A stretch of DNA of 28,285 nt from a virus (lineage: Duplodnaviria > Caudoviricetes), in the IMG/VR virus record IMGVR_UViG_3300011334_000020, positions 1-28,285 of that record. The stretch is one strand, 5' to 3'. This document shows positions 26,128 through 28,285 of this stretch, in pieces; position 1 is the first letter of the stretch; each line of letters begins with the position of its first letter. The notes beneath the pieces are model-generated. The model did no database searches, was not told the origin of the DNA, and saw only the letters and a list, made by a program, of their open reading frames with translations. Both the position numbers and the translations under genes were made by a program.

Positions 26128-26157
26128 GTCAATGACTCCTTGATTGGGATACCCGAA

Positions 26158-27657
26158 TTATGCAACCCGTGAGAGGTTTCTACGCAACGGCTGAGACCAC
26201 TTCTGGCTTGCGTTAGCCCCAAACATTCCTACGGCTGCGTCGCTTGCGAAGGTCAGGACAAAGCTGTCTGCTTTATCGGGCGACTTCAAACCACGCTTTC
26301 TAATGTCGTCCTTACCCTCGACCTGCATCTTCCCGCTAGATGTAAAGAAGTACCTCACGGTAGCCAGTTCTGCCACCAGCTCCTCGTCATTGGGGATACG
26401 ACAGTCACGCGCCTCAAACCACGCCTTTGCCTTGTACCAAAGTTCTGCGCGCAAGTTCCTGTAAGTCGTACCCATCGCGGGGGACTCTGAGACATTGATG
26501 CCGCGAGCAGGCAACCCAAGTTCCCGCAACCGATCAACGACACCAGCGCCAAGACCGATGCTGTCGACCATGATCTCATGGGGTCTCTGGCTTGGGGCTA
26601 AGGCTTCCCACTCTGCGACGACTGCGCCTGTGAGTTGCATCAGGTCTAGATTCTTCCAAGTCTTTGTGGGTTCTATGAGTGCGTTGCCCTGTCTTTTGCT
26701 TAGAGCACTTCTATCCCCACCAAAGCGTGCTACATCCAATCCCCAGATCAGTTTTGCGTGTTGACTTGTCTCTACATCCCTGTGCTTGGCGAGTTCCAAC
26801 AGTTCCATTGGGATGATGGTGTCGTCGTCAGACCTTGGGAACTCGCCTAGTACCCTTATTCGGTAAGCATTCGACTCTTCCCCGTACCGCGCCTTCATCT
26901 CTTCGACATAGGCATCTGAGACGCGAGGAGAGTCCACGCAAGAGACTTTCATCGTCACCCAGTCATTTGCAAGTCGGTTCTGGGTGTCGTAGAAGAATCC
27001 TGAGCTTCTCACGGGGTTGCCCAGCAGTAGGGTCACGGCATTGTGTCCAGACATCGAGCCAGCAGCAGCCTCGAAAACAGCCTCTGGGATGCCAGATGCC
27101 TCGTCAGCTACCAGCATCACATTCTCTGAGTGGACACCTTGCAGGGCTTCGGGTTGCTCTGCCCTACTGGTTCTCGCTGAGACGAAAGCCTCTGTCGCTG
27201 CCTCCTTGACCTCGATACGGTCTTGCTTGACTTCAAGCATATCCCGCAAGGTCTCAGGCAGTTCCTTCACCCAGCGCTTTAGTTCCGCAAAGAGCGCGTC
27301 GTAGAGTTGGCTGCTTGTGGGGGCGGTGACCACTACCTTGACGGGATACCGCAAGAGCAGATACCAGATGATCGCCCAGCTCGCTGCTGTGGACTTGCCT
27401 ACGCCATGACCTGACCTGACTGAGATTCTGCGGTTGCCCTTTGCGATGTGCATTAGGAATGTCTCTTGCCAAGTGTCGGGGTTGGCTTTTAAGACTTCCT
27501 TGACGAAGAGCACGGGGTTGTTCTTGTAGCGGATGGTGAACGCAACAAAGGGATTCTTGCTGAGTTCGTCTTCCCTCTTGTCTTGGATGCGTTCTATCTT
27601 TGCCACCACATCGGGGTGTAGTTTCTTTTTTTCTTGTGGAATTGATTTTGTCGTCAT
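26158..27657 (-). CDS. terL: terminase large subunit
   Basis: Walker A RSGHGVGKS, Walker B LVADEA, coupling motif LLGNP, nuclease GLDVARFGGD and SPDKAD. Confidence 0.97.
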   Translation of the reverse strand: MTTKSIPQEKKKLHPDVVAKIERIQDKREDELSKNPFVAFTIRYKNNPVLFVKEVLKANPDTWQETFLMHIAKGNRRISVRSGHGVGKSTAASWAIIWYLLLRYPVKVVVTAPTSSQLYDALFAELKRWVKELPETLRDMLEVKQDRIEVKEAATEAFVSARTSRAEQPEALQGVHSENVMLVADEASGIPEAVFEAAAGSMSGHNAVTLLLGNPVRSSGFFYDTQNRLANDWVTMKVSCVDSPRVSDAYVEEMKARYGEESNAYRIRVLGEFPRSDDDTIIPMELLELAKHRDVETSQHAKLIWGLDVARFGGDRSALSKRQGNALIEPTKTWKNLDLMQLTGAVVAEWEALAPSQRPHEIMVDSIGLGAGVVDRLRELGLPARGINVSESPAMGTTYRNLRAELWYKAKAWFEARDCRIPNDEELVAELATVRYFFTSSGKMQVEGKDDIRKRGLKSPDKADSFVLTFASDAAVGMFGANASQKWSQPLRRNLSRVA

Positions 27658-27800
27658 GGGGGAATTGTGCCTTGATTTTTTTTATTTTTTTTAGGGGAAG
27701 AGTGGTGCTGTGGGGAGGGGTAGTGGGGGGGGTGTTAAGTCGATAACTGTCGGGGTGCAGTTTCAGCCCGCCCCGTCGCGCAGATCGAAGGGGGGGGTAA
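27658..27800. other. structured non-coding tract: T8-A-T8, G-runs and GC-rich inverted repeat (possible packaging or late-promoter region)
   Basis: T-tracts 27676-27692; GGGGAGGGGTAGTGGGGGGGG 27712-27732; inverted repeat 27767-27778/27786-27797 (10 of 12 paired). Confidence 0.5.
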
Positions 27801-27893
27801 ACCCGAATCAGTCAGGCAGAATCGGTTAGTAAGTGACCACTCTTCTAGCAGAGCGCATGAATCCTACACATCCGCATATCGTCGTATTTGTCT

Positions 27894-27921
27894 GCTTTAC
27901 ACTATGTTCATTATGTAAAGT
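27894..27921 (+). other. dif-like XerC/XerD recombination site
   Basis: GCTTTACACTA-TGTTCA-TTATGTAAAGT, 11-6-11 layout; right arm matches E. coli XerD arm TTATGTTAAAT at 9/11, spacer matches TGTATA at 4/6, left arm is degenerate (5/11). Confidence 0.6.
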
Positions 27922-27931
27922 TATTTTGCTG

Positions 27932-28028
27932 TTATCCACAGGTTTGTAAGCATAAATGTGGATAACTCTGCCAGTTTCCACGCAACTGTGGACAACTAGG
28001 ACAACTTCGCGCTGTTTTCTGTGGATAT
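27932..28028. promoter_or_regulatory. cluster of DnaA boxes
   Basis: TTATCCACA 27932-27940 (+, perfect); 27957-27965 (-, perfect); 27987-27995 and 28020-28028 (-, one mismatch each). Confidence 0.75.
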
Positions 28029-28283
28029 GTCCTCGACCACCTCAATGCGTCGCAATGCGTCCAGCCTCATGCCAGACAGGTTGACTTGGACGCTTGGCAT
28101 CTTGTTCTGCGCGTATGCAGCAGGATTCCAGCGTTCTGCGACCCATTGGCGCGTCTGTACGCGCAGACGCGCCTTCTGCACCTCTTCCACATCGGTCTCG
28201 TCGGCAATTAGGATGCTCTCCGCGACCATATCATCTGCTGCCTTCGCGCGCGCACGCGAGGCAAGGCCTTCATTATCGGGTGA
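27996..28283 (-). CDS. terS: terminase small subunit (Sf6 gp1-like), 5'-partial
   Basis: Frame is open to the window edge (SPDNEGLASRARAKAADDMV...); ARA.AAD...IAD...ARLRVQTRQW...NP..Y pattern; upstream of terL. Confidence 0.8.
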   Translation of the reverse strand, partial: SPDNEGLASRARAKAADDMVAESILIADETDVEEVQKARLRVQTRQWVAERWNPAAYAQNKMPSVQVNLSGMRLDALRRIEVVEDISTENSAKLS

Positions 28284-28285
28284 AT

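Noticed and set aside
3845-27472. Numerous antisense or alternate-frame ORFs within the late operon (e.g. 6679..7077, 7811..8215, 11122..11553, 16662..17099, 24092..24529)
   Set aside because: They mirror well-supported structural genes through codon bias; no start signals or domains.
1-28285. CRISPR array, tRNA, intron/intein, IS element or stop-codon recoding
   Set aside because: No repeat-spacer periodicity or cloverleaf seen; TerL, portal and capsid are normal length and uninterrupted; standard code gives dense coding.

Overview
About 28 kb of a tailed-phage genome with P22-like podovirus architecture; the host is probably a proteobacterium, an inference only. The long minus-strand late operon runs 28285->3688. 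It encodes TerS (partial), a structured non-coding gap, TerL, small basic and Cys-rich proteins, a GT2 glycosyltransferase, a SAM methyltransferase, portal, scaffold and major capsid. It continues with a second GT-A glycosyltransferase, head-tail adaptor, a two-part tail fibre with chaperone, a membrane-protein-rich lysis cassette with an M15A endolysin, tail nozzle, a GNAT-like protein and three ejection proteins. At the left, a divergent control region (1194-1456) separates a leftward operon (XRE-HTH, RuvC-like resolvase, small ORFs) from a rightward cluster of small early genes. No integrase, polymerase, tRNA or CRISPR array is visible. Most notable: (1) the TerS-TerL gap holds a dif-like XerCD site directly next to a cluster of DnaA boxes and G-rich/T-tract structures, a possible host-factor-dependent replication, resolution or integration hub; (2) two glycosyltransferases and a methyltransferase sit among the head genes, suggesting virion glycosylation; (3) a candidate ~100-nt sRNA or attenuator lies in the control region; (4) GGCC, CCGG and CCWGG are almost completely avoided. 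All calls come from motif recognition and synteny by eye; no database searches were run.
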